Positions 28,093 through 37,993 of a DNA stretch of 64,000 bases are shown piece after piece. This stretch comes from Promethearchaeota archaeon. Its GTDB lineage: Archaea > Asgardarchaeota > Lokiarchaeia > Sigyniarchaeales > SOKP01. A program made the position numbers and the translations under genes. A model generated the notes under the pieces. The model had not been told where the DNA came from and made no database searches. It was given only the letters and a program-made list of their open reading frames with translations. The stretch is from positions 187,982-251,981 of the forward strand of contig JAEOUA010000006.1 of assembly GCA_016839555.1 (NCBI GenBank). Direction: 5' to 3'. The first letter of the stretch is position 1, and each line of letters begins with the position of its first letter.

Positions 28093-28917
28093 TTAAAATT
28101 CTGTACCACATTTTTTACACACACGTTTCTTTGCGTAGATACGCATTTGACCTTGATATCTGAGAACTTTTGATCGATCCTCCATTGTTTTAAGATCTCT
28201 TCCAAAAGCACCACATTTGGGACAACGGACTCTCTCATCTATTGCTGTGGGTTCCTCAATCTCTACTTCAGGTGGAGGATTATATAACTCATCAATTGGA
28301 TGATCAGATTTTTCCATTTTTAAGATAAGATTTTTCAAAGCGGTCGATTTTCCTTCAAGTTGCGATGTCAATTCTGAAATTTCCGAGTCTTTTTCCTGAA
28401 GTTGTAATGATAACTCCGAAATCTTCTGATCCTTTTGGTCAGTTTTTGGCACGATCATTTTTTTTTCTTCTAATTGAGCGGATAATGCCGAAATACGTCC
28501 TTCTTGTTTATTAATAGTTTGATGAGCTTCTTTTAATTTTTGATTGGAATGGTCTAACTTTAACTTAAGATTTGCTATTTCTTCGTTATAATCATATGAA
28601 ATAGAAGATAATTTATCTAAACTGATTTCAAGATCTTTAATTTGAGTGGCATATGATTCTAAGGTTTGATTTAATTCTAGTATTTGCGAGACCAAATCTT
28701 CATTAGCTTTTTCTTTTTCTGCAGCTTTTCTTTCGCTCTCCTCTAAATCTCTAGAAATCTGTTCTAAAATTTCTTTCGTATGAGATAATTCATCTTTTGT
28801 TTCAATAAGCTCTCTTTCAAGGTTGTTTGTTAACTCTCGTAAACCTATTAATTCTTTCCCGTCTATTTTTTGTTTTTTATCAGGCTTTTCTTCTGCCTCT
28901 TGCCAATTTATAGACAT
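28093..28917 (-). CDS. Coiled-coil protein with MSINWQ head and C-terminal C4 zinc ribbon (paralog 3 of 3)
   Basis: N-terminus MSINWQEAEEKPDKKQKIDGK. C-terminus CPKCGAFGRDLKTMEDRSKVLRYQGQMRIYAKKRVCKKCGTEF. Confidence 0.6.
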   Translation of the reverse strand: MSINWQEAEEKPDKKQKIDGKELIGLRELTNNLERELIETKDELSHTKEILEQISRDLEESERKAAEKEKANEDLVSQILELNQTLESYATQIKDLEISLDKLSSISYDYNEEIANLKLKLDHSNQKLKEAHQTINKQEGRISALSAQLEEKKMIVPKTDQKDQKISELSLQLQEKDSEISELTSQLEGKSTALKNLILKMEKSDHPIDELYNPPPEVEIEEPTAIDERVRCPKCGAFGRDLKTMEDRSKVLRYQGQMRIYAKKRVCKKCGTEF

Positions 28918-29192
28918 AACTAAGTCATAAATAATAAGAGCAATTTATTTATATAAATTTTGTCCTCTTAAATCAAAAAATTATTTGAATAAAAATTCAA
29001 TATTTTAGATAATAACATCTGCAGGATATATGAAAAAATATAGCTGGTAAACGATTTAATTGTGTCTTTTTTATTATTTTGAGATAAGAACTCAATAATT
29101 AATCTATTTATATGGAAATTTATCTAGATCAAATTTTAAGTAGCATTGCTTTAAAGTTTATTAAACTTCAGCAAAATTATATTTTACTACTT

Positions 29193-30413
29193 TTATTTTA
29201 AATAATTAAGAGCTGTTAAGGCATATATTTTGGTTAAATTAATCAAATCTTTAACATAAACAAATTCATCCTCCGCATGCACCTTATTTTCTGGTCGGAT
29301 TGAGCCAATGAGAATGGTTTCAATGCCTTTTTCTTGGAACCAATGTGCATCTGTTGTAGGAATAAAAGTTGCAACTTTTCGGGGTTCTCCATATACACTT
29401 CTAATAGAGTGCTGAACGGCAGTTGCAAATTCTGAGTTTTCATCAATTAAGCCGGGATCGAATACGATGGGCATCTGAACAGTGATGTCTAAAAGCGGAT
29501 CCTCTTCTTTCATACGTTCCACATATTCTAGAATTCGTTCTTTGATAGGCATAACATTTTGTTCCGGAATTGTATTAATACTGCAATGTAGAAAACACTT
29601 CCCCGGCACAATAGAAATCTTATTTCCTCCATGTATTTCGGCCAAATTTAGATCGCTTATTTTTGAAGGTAATCCTGGAGGCATGGGATATTTAGTCTCA
29701 TTTTTATTCAATTCTTCCTTAAGCTCAATAAGAAAATTCATTAATTTAACCATTCGCTGGATGGCGTTAATTCCAGAATATTCATTACGGTATGGTTCTG
29801 GGACATCTGGAGCATTCATTCCATGTGCTTGTTTTCCATTGATGGTAAAAGTCGCAAAAATAGCTCCACCTGTATATCCAATCGGATTTTCTGCGGGAGC
29901 ATCTCCTAATAAGCATGAATCGCCTTGAATGATATTTTTATCAAGTAAATATTCTATACCCCGAAGTCCACCCGTTTCTTCATCTATCACTGCAGCTATA
30001 GTTAATTTTCCATGAAGTTCTACTCCTGCTTGTTGTAAAGCTTTTGCGGCAAAAAGTTCAGCGGTAACACAAGATTTATCATCAGAAGATCCTCGACCAT
30101 AAATTTTATCATTAATATGTTCACCACCGAATGGATTCTTCGTCCAACCTTTGAATGTTTCTACTGTATCCATATGTCCGTAAAAAATAAGAGATTTGCC
30201 ATCTTCCCCTCCAAGCTCTCCAATGACATTGTTCCTTTTAAGCTTTGGATTTAATCCTAGTTCTTGCATCTTTGCTTTTGTAAACTTGGCTATCTCTTTA
30301 TATTGAGAAGGGGGATTTTCTGAGGGAATTTGGACAATTTTTTGATGAAATTGAATGATTTCATCCTTCATTTTATCTATTATTTCCAAAACATTCTTTT
30401 CTTGTTCATTCAT
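29193..30413 (-). CDS. M20-family metallopeptidase/deacylase (ArgE/DapE/CPG2-like)
   Basis: FYGHMDTVE, GRGSSDDK, the dimerization-domain segment, and C-terminal HAEDEFV metal-ligand motifs. Confidence 0.8.
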   Translation of the reverse strand: MNEQEKNVLEIIDKMKDEIIQFHQKIVQIPSENPPSQYKEIAKFTKAKMQELGLNPKLKRNNVIGELGGEDGKSLIFYGHMDTVETFKGWTKNPFGGEHINDKIYGRGSSDDKSCVTAELFAAKALQQAGVELHGKLTIAAVIDEETGGLRGIEYLLDKNIIQGDSCLLGDAPAENPIGYTGGAIFATFTINGKQAHGMNAPDVPEPYRNEYSGINAIQRMVKLMNFLIELKEELNKNETKYPMPPGLPSKISDLNLAEIHGGNKISIVPGKCFLHCSINTIPEQNVMPIKERILEYVERMKEEDPLLDITVQMPIVFDPGLIDENSEFATAVQHSIRSVYGEPRKVATFIPTTDAHWFQEKGIETILIGSIRPENKVHAEDEFVYVKDLINLTKIYALTALNYLK

Positions 30414-30518
30414 AAGAGGTCTTTAATATAGGTTTAATCAGATTAAATAATTATATATGAGTGTTATGAATTTATAAACTTTTAAATCCTTATGAAAATA
30501 AAATAAAAGGATTTAGCA

Positions 30519-31406
30519 TCAAAAATCTTTTCCATAAATCTCTTTAAGATATTTTTCGATAAGCGGCTTATATTCATTGGGATCATGTTTTTGAATTTTA
30601 TTTAATAAAGACTTTGCTTTAGCATTTTTCGCGTCCAATTTTAATAGAAAATTACACGCATCATATGCCGTATCATATATTTTCATTTGGTAAGAGACTA
30701 AGGCTAGATTATACCAATTAATTAGATCCTTTGGAGCCACATCAAATCCAATATGGAAGTAATCGTTCAGCTTTATACAACCTTCAATATATTTGGAAAC
30801 TTCTTCTGAGGGGCGAATCACATTCATATGACCATCACATAAGATATCCACATCTAATTTTGATAATTCTAGCAAAGATTTCTCAAACTCATCATGATTT
30901 CCCCCTATTGATTCGATTCCTCCCCCACAAATATCTCCCGAAAACAAAACTTTATCCTTATTGATTGACATCAAAAATGCCATTCCGCCGGAGGAATGTC
31001 CAGGGATGTGATATGCCTTAATAGAATACGGTCCAAATTTTAAGCTACTAGTTTTATCCGTGAATAGATCCGTTATCTTGAAATTTAGATCTTGATCCTT
31101 ATTAATATAAGATTGGATCATTTTAGAATCCTTTATATGCGCATAAAAACGCATTATGGGATTTAACTTAATTAATTCTTTACATCCCTCCACGTGATCA
31201 TAGTGTCCATGTGTAATTAAACAGTGTTTCACATTCTTGGGGTTTAATCCAATCTTTGCTAGTTCCTTTTCAAAATCAAATCCAATGCCGGTATCGATAA
31301 GGACTAACTCCTCCACACTATTGGTATTTAAAAGATAGATTGTACTTGAGGGTTCCCCTATCGTGCATTCTTTAAGAATATAAAGATTGTTTAGTATTTG
31401 TCGCAA
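30519..31406 (-). CDS. MBL-fold metallo-hydrolase with C-terminal TPR-like helical tail
   Basis: ITHGHYDHVEG HxHxDH motif, downstream ligands HIPGHSSGG and DGH, and a helical C-terminus. Confidence 0.7.
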   Translation of the reverse strand: MRQILNNLYILKECTIGEPSSTIYLLNTNSVEELVLIDTGIGFDFEKELAKIGLNPKNVKHCLITHGHYDHVEGCKELIKLNPIMRFYAHIKDSKMIQSYINKDQDLNFKITDLFTDKTSSLKFGPYSIKAYHIPGHSSGGMAFLMSINKDKVLFSGDICGGGIESIGGNHDEFEKSLLELSKLDVDILCDGHMNVIRPSEEVSKYIEGCIKLNDYFHIGFDVAPKDLINWYNLALVSYQMKIYDTAYDACNFLLKLDAKNAKAKSLLNKIQKHDPNEYKPLIEKYLKEIYGKDF

Positions 31407-31594
31407 ATTGAAATAAACCTGAACATTAGATTAAAAAAATATATAATATATCTTTATTAATTAATTATTTTTTTTATTGTTTAAGAAAAAATTAATTTCT
31501 TTTCTGATGAACAATGGATACATTTTTCATCTTCATCCAAAAAAATATATAGTAATAAGTAAATTATAAAAATAAGAAAAAAGGTGTTGAAAGG

Positions 31595-32407
31595 ATGGAA
31601 TACTTTATCCCCACAGAAGAGAAAAAATTAAAAGATTATGACCCTGAGATCGTTGCATGGGAGAGGGAAGAATTGGGAGATCTTCAAACTCCGTTAACGT
31701 ATAAATTTCCCTCTTATGGTGAAAATATTAAAGAAAAAAAATTTTTCACTGTAAAAGATTATGAAACGGCTTTATTTTATAATAAGGGTGAATTAATTGG
31801 CGTGCTTAAAGGTGGAATGTATGAACTAAAAGAAGAAGGGAAAGTAAAAGGGACGGAAATAGTATGGGTCGATACTTCCCTTCTCAATATCCCTTGGACC
31901 ATCCCAAATAAGACCGGTATCCCTACAAGAGAGGGCTATATGATTGGACTCGAAGGGGATCTTAAACTTAGGATAAATGATGCAAAAATTTTTTATAATG
32001 ATATTGTTGCGGGAAAAAAAATGTGGACGGTTCAAGACCTCAGGGATTGGATTATGAGCACTTTAATCACTTCCTTAAGGGATATTTTCAAAGATTATAC
32101 CATGAGAAATATATTTCTGGAAAAACGCGATAGAGTAATTAATTTAGTTATTTCAAAAATTACAGAAGAATTTGCCCAGTTTGGATTAGAACTTATTACA
32201 TTCAATATCTTAAATATTGATACACCAAAAGATATGGAAGAAATCTTATATTCTAATAGACCTTTTGGTCAAAGAATCGTTAGGCGATTTATTGATAGAT
32301 GGAACGAATTTTCTGCAAGAGTTAGAAATTTTTCCAAAAGAGTTGATGATTGGTTTAATGAAAGTAGAGAGGACATATTAAACAGTAAAAAAAAGGAACC
32401 AGATTAA
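31595..32407 (+). CDS. Hypothetical protein (possible SPFH/band-7-like fold, unverified)
   Basis: 270-aa ORF with Shine-Dalgarno aaaaggtg. No recognised catalytic motif. Confidence 0.3.
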   Translation: MEYFIPTEEKKLKDYDPEIVAWEREELGDLQTPLTYKFPSYGENIKEKKFFTVKDYETALFYNKGELIGVLKGGMYELKEEGKVKGTEIVWVDTSLLNIPWTIPNKTGIPTREGYMIGLEGDLKLRINDAKIFYNDIVAGKKMWTVQDLRDWIMSTLITSLRDIFKDYTMRNIFLEKRDRVINLVISKITEEFAQFGLELITFNILNIDTPKDMEEILYSNRPFGQRIVRRFIDRWNEFSARVRNFSKRVDDWFNESREDILNSKKKEPD

Positions 32408-32507
32408 ATTATTAAAAAAATTATAATCATAAATCCCTTAAGCTTTTTATTTTATATTGAATGCTCACCATTAATCACTAATAAAATAATAATTAGAGAG
32501 CTATACG

Positions 32508-33011
32508 ATGAAAAAATCATTCAGCATAGTCTTAATAGGAATGCCTGGATCGGGAAAGAGCACTATAGGTCAATTATTAGCGAATAAATTGGATTTTGAA
32601 TTTATAGAACCTGACAAATACATAGAGGAAAAAGAACAAATGAATTTACAGGAAATCTTAGATAGGAAAGGTATTAATGAATTTATTAAAATTGAGCAAG
32701 AAAGAATTTTAGAATTACTTCCACTTAAAAATTACATTATTGCCCCCGGGGGAAGTGTTATTTATTCTAATAAAGTGATGGAGACTGTCCAAAAATCCTC
32801 CATTATAATATTTTTAGATGTACCTTTAAAAATTCTTCACGCACGATTAAAGAATAAGGAAACGAGAGGTATTGTAGGATTAAAAAATGTTTCTATAAAA
32901 AATCTTTATGAAGAAAGAGTACCCTTATATAAGAAGTATGCTGATATTGTAATTTCTTGTGCTGGGAAGAATCCACTGGAAATTGTCGATGAAATCATTC
33001 AGAAATTATAA
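32508..33011 (+). CDS. aroK: Shikimate kinase, bacterial P-loop (AroK/AroL) type
   Basis: Walker A LIGMPGSGKSTIGQLLA, acidic FIEPDKYIEE, and the APGGSVIY (GGG-like) motif; 167 aa. Confidence 0.55.
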   Translation: MKKSFSIVLIGMPGSGKSTIGQLLANKLDFEFIEPDKYIEEKEQMNLQEILDRKGINEFIKIEQERILELLPLKNYIIAPGGSVIYSNKVMETVQKSSIIIFLDVPLKILHARLKNKETRGIVGLKNVSIKNLYEERVPLYKKYADIVISCAGKNPLEIVDEIIQKL

Positions 33012-33090
33012 ATTTTTTATAGGAGCATAATCCAATTTCATTAGAGTACTTAATAATATACAAAAACTATTAACAATTAATAAAGATAGA

Positions 33091-33813
33091 ATGATGAAGA
33101 AAAAAGCATCTTGCGTTGTTATTTTTAGCGGAGGGCAAGACTCTACAACTTGTCTTGTATGGGCGTTAAAAAAATTCGATAAAGTATCTGTTATTAGCTT
33201 TAATTATGGGCAAAGACATAAAATCGAATTAGAGTGTGCTAAAAATATTATTGATATTTTGAAATCGAGAGAAAAACACCAGATTGAATGGCTCGGAGGG
33301 AATCAAATTGTTGAATATAAAATCGTAGATATATCATTTGTGTCTGATTTATTACAAACGGCTATGATTCAGGAAGAAGAAATCACTTATGATGAAGAAA
33401 CAGGGCTTCCAACTACTTTTGTCCCCGGAAGAAATATTCTATTCATAACCGTTGCAGCAGCCTATTCATACCAAAAAGAGATAAAGCATTTAGTAGCCGG
33501 AGTTTGCCAAACCGATTATTCAGGATATCCAGACTGTAGAGATGCTACTATAAAATCCCTACAAGCCACTCTGAAATTAGGGTTGGATTATGACATCATT
33601 ATTCATACTCCGCTTATGTGGAAAACTAAGGCAGACACCATTAAATTAATGGAAAAATTAGGGGGATTAGAATTATATAAATATACTCATACTTGTTATA
33701 GGGGAGAACGGCCAGCTTGTGGCAAATGTTTTGCATGCCAGCTTAGATTAATGGGCTTTAAAGAGGCAGGATTAGAAGATCCATTAGAATATAAAAGTAG
33801 AGAAATTATTTAA
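33091..33813 (+). CDS. queC: 7-cyano-7-deazaguanine (preQ0) synthase QueC
   Basis: PP-loop VVIFSGGQDSTT. C-terminal Zn cluster CYRGERPACGKCFACQLR. Confidence 0.85.
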   Translation: MMKKKASCVVIFSGGQDSTTCLVWALKKFDKVSVISFNYGQRHKIELECAKNIIDILKSREKHQIEWLGGNQIVEYKIVDISFVSDLLQTAMIQEEEITYDEETGLPTTFVPGRNILFITVAAAYSYQKEIKHLVAGVCQTDYSGYPDCRDATIKSLQATLKLGLDYDIIIHTPLMWKTKADTIKLMEKLGGLELYKYTHTCYRGERPACGKCFACQLRLMGFKEAGLEDPLEYKSREII

Positions 33814-33827
33814 AATAATCTAAGAAA

Positions 33828-34283
33828 TTATTCATGATATATAGCCATACTGCTTTTAGATTCTCCCACTTTTACGATAATTTCTTTGTTTGAATAAATC
33901 TCCTTCAATTTATCATGAATATATTTCGCTAATAGCTCACTGGTGGTGGCAGGTAATGGTAATAAAGAAACATCAGATTTAGGAAACACATATCTTTTTT
34001 TAGGGGTTTTGACCTCAATAGAATCACCGTCTTCTTTAATTTTTATATCAACAGCTTGAGTCGGGACGAGAATATAGTGATCTAAGGGTTCTACAATGGC
34101 CTTTAATTCTTTCTTAAGTTCCATAAAATCAATGACAAAATAATTTTCATCCAATTTACCGCCGACTTCCACAGAGACGTAATAATTATGACCGTGTAAT
34201 CTTGAGCATTTGGGATGTTCTTTAAGAAAATGACACGCGCTAAATTTAACCTTTGATTCATTTACAATTATTTTATAACTCAT
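33828..34283 (-). CDS. queD: 6-carboxy-5,6,7,8-tetrahydropterin synthase QueD (PTPS family)
   Basis: CSRLHGHNY catalytic motif; 151 aa. Confidence 0.8.
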   Translation of the reverse strand: MSYKIIVNESKVKFSACHFLKEHPKCSRLHGHNYYVSVEVGGKLDENYFVIDFMELKKELKAIVEPLDHYILVPTQAVDIKIKEDGDSIEVKTPKKRYVFPKSDVSLLPLPATTSELLAKYIHDKLKEIYSNKEIIVKVGESKSSMAIYHE

Positions 34284-34391
34284 TTTATTATCCTGTAGGT
34301 TTGAATAATTTACTCTAATTAAATTTTTTCACAGATTTTTATTTAATGGTATTTTTGTTAAGTAATATAATTTTTAATTGACTTAATAATT

Positions 34392-35246
34392 TTATAATAA
34401 ATTAAGAAATTTATGAGCCTGAATTGATAAAGAGATATTTTCTGGTGGCAAATATTTTGCTGCCCTATAAAATATTTGGTTTAATTTCTCATTTGAAATT
34501 GAAAATTTCTTTTTTAATTCTTTTTGTTCTAAATAGACGGGTTGGATTGCCAAGCCTATATGGTTACCATCTTGATATCTAATATTCGAAAGCTCGTGAG
34601 CAATCCAATCAATATCTTTAATTTTTGTGTGAGAAGTAACAATAATTTTGGTAAAGGTGAGTACATTCACAGATGTCATAGTTCTTATGAATTCTAATTC
34701 TTTTCTTACAAGTTTTTCCCATAGATTAAATTCGGCTGCTTGTGAGCTTCTATCTTTAATATCACAGCAGCAATAATTAAAGAGTTCTTTAATTTGAGCT
34801 AATTCTACTTTATTTGGTAGTACTGTAGCATTAGTTTCTAAATATAAGGGAAAATTAATACCATTTTTTTTCAATGATATTCCTATTTCTAAAAGGAACT
34901 CAAGTTGGCACATAGGTTCTCCTCCAGTAAAGCTCATGGAATGCAGATCATTCGTTATAAGGTTTTTAATAATTTTAATTAGCTCTTGGATCTTGATAGG
35001 ATTATTTGCAATGGTAAAATCTTGAGAAGAGGGTTTTTTTTCATACTGATAATGTTTCAGTTTAAAATCTTGAGAGTTGGGTGTATCACAGAAAAAGCAG
35101 CCAGAAGTGCCAAATTCCTTATTGGCAACATTACAGCCCGCAAATCTTAAAAATATCTGTTTTTTGCCAAAACAACTTCCTGGAACTGTTCCGCCTTCTC
35201 CTTGAAATGATGAGAATATTTCCGAAAGATAGCCTTGCTTTTCCAT
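34392..35246 (-). CDS. queE: 7-carboxy-7-deazaguanine synthase QueE (radical SAM)
   Basis: N-terminal EIFSSFQGEGG and an atypical Cys cluster AGCNVANKEFGTSGCFFCDT, as in QueE-type radical SAM enzymes. Confidence 0.65.
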   Translation of the reverse strand: MEKQGYLSEIFSSFQGEGGTVPGSCFGKKQIFLRFAGCNVANKEFGTSGCFFCDTPNSQDFKLKHYQYEKKPSSQDFTIANNPIKIQELIKIIKNLITNDLHSMSFTGGEPMCQLEFLLEIGISLKKNGINFPLYLETNATVLPNKVELAQIKELFNYCCCDIKDRSSQAAEFNLWEKLVRKELEFIRTMTSVNVLTFTKIIVTSHTKIKDIDWIAHELSNIRYQDGNHIGLAIQPVYLEQKELKKKFSISNEKLNQIFYRAAKYLPPENISLSIQAHKFLNLL

Positions 35247-35435
35247 CTTAGTAATTTTTTATTATCAAACTATTTTCTAATCTGCTTAAGGTAGTATTAT
35301 TTATTAATGCAAATATTATTTTAGAGAGGAAAAAAGGTGATTTTATTAATAGGTAAGTATTGAAAATGAATTAATTGAAAAATAAAAAAAAATTCAAATA
35401 AATTGAAGCAATTATAGAAAAAATGAGTTTATAGT

Positions 35436-35966
35436 TTAGGTAAATCGTTCATCTAATAAGACTCCACAATTTGGGCAAAATTTCTTTTTTCTCTCAAACG
35501 GTTCAATCGTACCATATTTTTCTAATTGTTCCCTTAGATATTTATATATATCATGAAACATCTCATCTTCAATTGAGATTAATTCTAAGTTACCTTCTTC
35601 ATATAATTTTATTTTTTCTTTCTTTCGTTCGAGATATTCCTTCCCAAAATAGCCCCAATATTCAATATATACATCAAAATCAGGTAAATACCAATCATAT
35701 TTTATAATATGACCATTTACTCTAATTTCGCCCTCGTAGATATGTTTAATCTTTAATCGGTAAAGGTAATTATCAATAATTAGTTCTCCTCGAGATTTTA
35801 CAATATGCCCATCTAGGCACTTCAATTGTTCTGGATATTCTGAAGTATCTCCTTCTTTGGAGTCCTTTAATGATTTTCCAATAAAATAATGGATTGTAGT
35901 AAATAGAAGTGTTAAAACCACTCCACCAAAAAAGAAAAATAAAAATATTTTTCCCGTGAAATACAC
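35436..35966 (-). CDS. Membrane-anchored protein with possible PD-(D/E)xK nuclease-like core and C-terminal zinc ribbon
   Basis: N-terminal TM helix. The middle segment IIDNYL...HIYEGEI...DWYLPDFDVYIEYWG has D...E.K-like spacing. The C-terminus carries a terminal Cys pair (CPNCG); an upstream Cys (QLKCLDGH) may complete a zinc ribbon. Confidence 0.3.
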   Translation of the reverse strand: MYFTGKIFLFFFFGGVVLTLLFTTIHYFIGKSLKDSKEGDTSEYPEQLKCLDGHIVKSRGELIIDNYLYRLKIKHIYEGEIRVNGHIIKYDWYLPDFDVYIEYWGYFGKEYLERKKEKIKLYEEGNLELISIEDEMFHDIYKYLREQLEKYGTIEPFERKKKFCPNCGVLLDERFT

Positions 35967-36446
35967 CCCAAGAGATATATATAAATCAGAGTATATAAAT
36001 ATAATAGGACTTTTGGATTAATGGTTTGATGTAAAAAAGAAATGCAAAATCTTCTAAAAATCTTGTTCCATTTTTAATAATTTATGATTTATTTTTTGTT
36101 ATTAATAATTGCGTACATCTTAATTAACTTCAAGATATTTTTCTGGCTCCTTTTGCATAACTTTATATATTATATCTATTACCTTTTCTATCCCCCCAGC
36201 AGAATTAATTTCTTCCTCAATTTTTTGAGAATTCTATATTTCATCCTATTTAATCGAGAATATGAGATTCTAACTTAAAATGATTTACTTTATAAAATAT
36301 TAAATTCAAAGTATTAAGATTTAAGAATTAATAGTCTGGAAGTGAAAGTGTAAAAAAAAGGAGAAACTAGGAATATAACAAGGAATTTATATTATATCAT
36401 TATAATTATATATGTAGAGAATGAGAAAACAGAGTTAAGAATAATT

Positions 36447-37314
36447 TTGACCATGAAAGAGGATTCCGAAATAATATCTAAGAAAGAGCTGTATAAAATA
36501 AGAATAAAAAAGATTAAAAATGAAATCTCGGCAGCAAACAAACTTTTAAAACAAAATATTGAACCACTTGAGATTGCCGATAAATTTTTACATGAGTCAT
36601 TTAAAATAATGAAAGAGGGACTATCAAATCGATATCCGAAACTTTCCGAACAAGAAATAAACCAAAAAATACGTAATATTCTTTCTCTTCAAGAAAAAAT
36701 TAAAATTTATCAAAAAAAAGTGAAAAATTCTGGCTGAATTAGAGGATATCTTATCCAGATTAGAAAAGATTTTTACAGATATAGAACTTAAATATGTTAT
36801 TGTAGGAGGGTTAGCAGTAATTCATTATGGACATATAAGAGCCACCCAATATATTGATCTCATTATTGAGGATAATCCTTCTAAATTTTCAAAGTTTTTA
36901 AAATTACTCCAATCATATGGATTTGATGTGATGCATGATCAATTTCAAATGGCTTATCAGGAAAAAACAAATTTTTCTATTTTTGACAAAAAAAGTTTCT
37001 TAAGATTAGATATTAAGGTCGCTTATAAGCAGAGAGAGCATGAAGTGTTAAATAATGCAATTCAGGACAGTATTTTAGGAAAAAAATTATGGATCGCTCC
37101 TTTAGAATATATATTAATTGGAAAAATATTATATATAGGACAAATTGCAGATATTCCTAAATCTGAACTATTAGAATATCAAGATATTATTGATTTTTTA
37201 ACTCTTTTTCATGCCAATAGGGAAAAGCTAGATATTAAGTTTTTAAAAAAGAAAGTAAAGGACATGAATCTAGAAAAAACATTTATAAAATTGCTTAAAA
37301 TAGAGTTTGAATAG
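36447..37314 (+). pseudogene. Frameshifted gene: coiled-coil N-terminal part (36447-36737) plus nucleotidyltransferase-like C-terminal part (36736-37314) joined by a +1 shift in an A-run
   Basis: Frame +1 is open from 36724 and encodes ...LAELEDILSRLEKIFTDIELKYVIVGGLAVIHYGHIRATQYIDLII..., an NTase-like GG...D.D segment. It has no in-frame start before the GTG at 36928. The upstream ORF ends right after an A8/A5 homopolymer at 36712-36727. Confidence 0.4.
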
Positions 37315-37396
37315 ATTTATTTTATTTTAACAAGTTCTATGTGCAAAAATTAGCGAGATTTTAAATAAAAAGAAAAAAATAAAGAAATAAAAAAAT

Positions 37397-37780
37397 TTAG
37401 AGAAAAGTAGCAATTCCTATTAAAATTACAATCAAGAAGTAGATATAGAGAACTCTACCAAACCAGATATGAACTTTTCGAAGTTTTGGTTCTTGTCTTT
37501 TTGTAGCGAATAATCCTCCCAGGGCGGAAAAAGCCAGCAGGATAAGGCCGATTAAGCCGAGAATTGAATGGAGGAGCATAAATTTTAGACCTCCGAGCAA
37601 AATAAGACCGATCACACCAAAAATTAACGCAATCACTATAAAGATTTTATGTATTAAGAACCACTGTTTAGGTTTATGGAATGCAACAGCAATTAATGCT
37701 ATTGATAAAGAAACTAATAATCCTAACATCATAAGAAAATGCGGAGAGGTAAATAGATCAATTAAACTCATTATATGCAC
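37397..37780 (-). CDS. Small 4-TM membrane protein
   Basis: 127 aa; four hydrophobic helices separated by short Lys/Arg-containing loops. Confidence 0.4.
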   Translation of the reverse strand: MHIMSLIDLFTSPHFLMMLGLLVSLSIALIAVAFHKPKQWFLIHKIFIVIALIFGVIGLILLGGLKFMLLHSILGLIGLILLAFSALGGLFATKRQEPKLRKVHIWFGRVLYIYFLIVILIGIATFL

Positions 37781-37993
37781 CCTATAGTTTTTTAATTAAA
37801 TATTTTTATGAAGTTATTAATTAGCTCATATTTAATCTTTTATTCTATTTTTTATAAAAGTATAAAATTTAGTGAAAAAGTCTTAATTTGAGAGATTTTA
37901 TTTTCTTTTGGATAAATAGCAATTAAATTCAGAAAAAATCAATAGATTAATTAAATAAAATTTAAATTCCATGAGTTAAAATAACACTTAATC

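Noticed and set aside
29482-29928. 148-aa plus-strand ORF inside the M20 peptidase gene, and the 67-aa ORF at 29243-29446
   Set aside because: Antisense to, or in an alternative frame of, a motif-rich CDS.
36084-36278. 64-aa ORF of Ile/Leu/Phe/Tyr repeats in a long AT-rich intergenic region
   Set aside because: Pure low-complexity translation of AT-rich DNA with no start context. The region (35967-36446) is more likely promoter or spacer.
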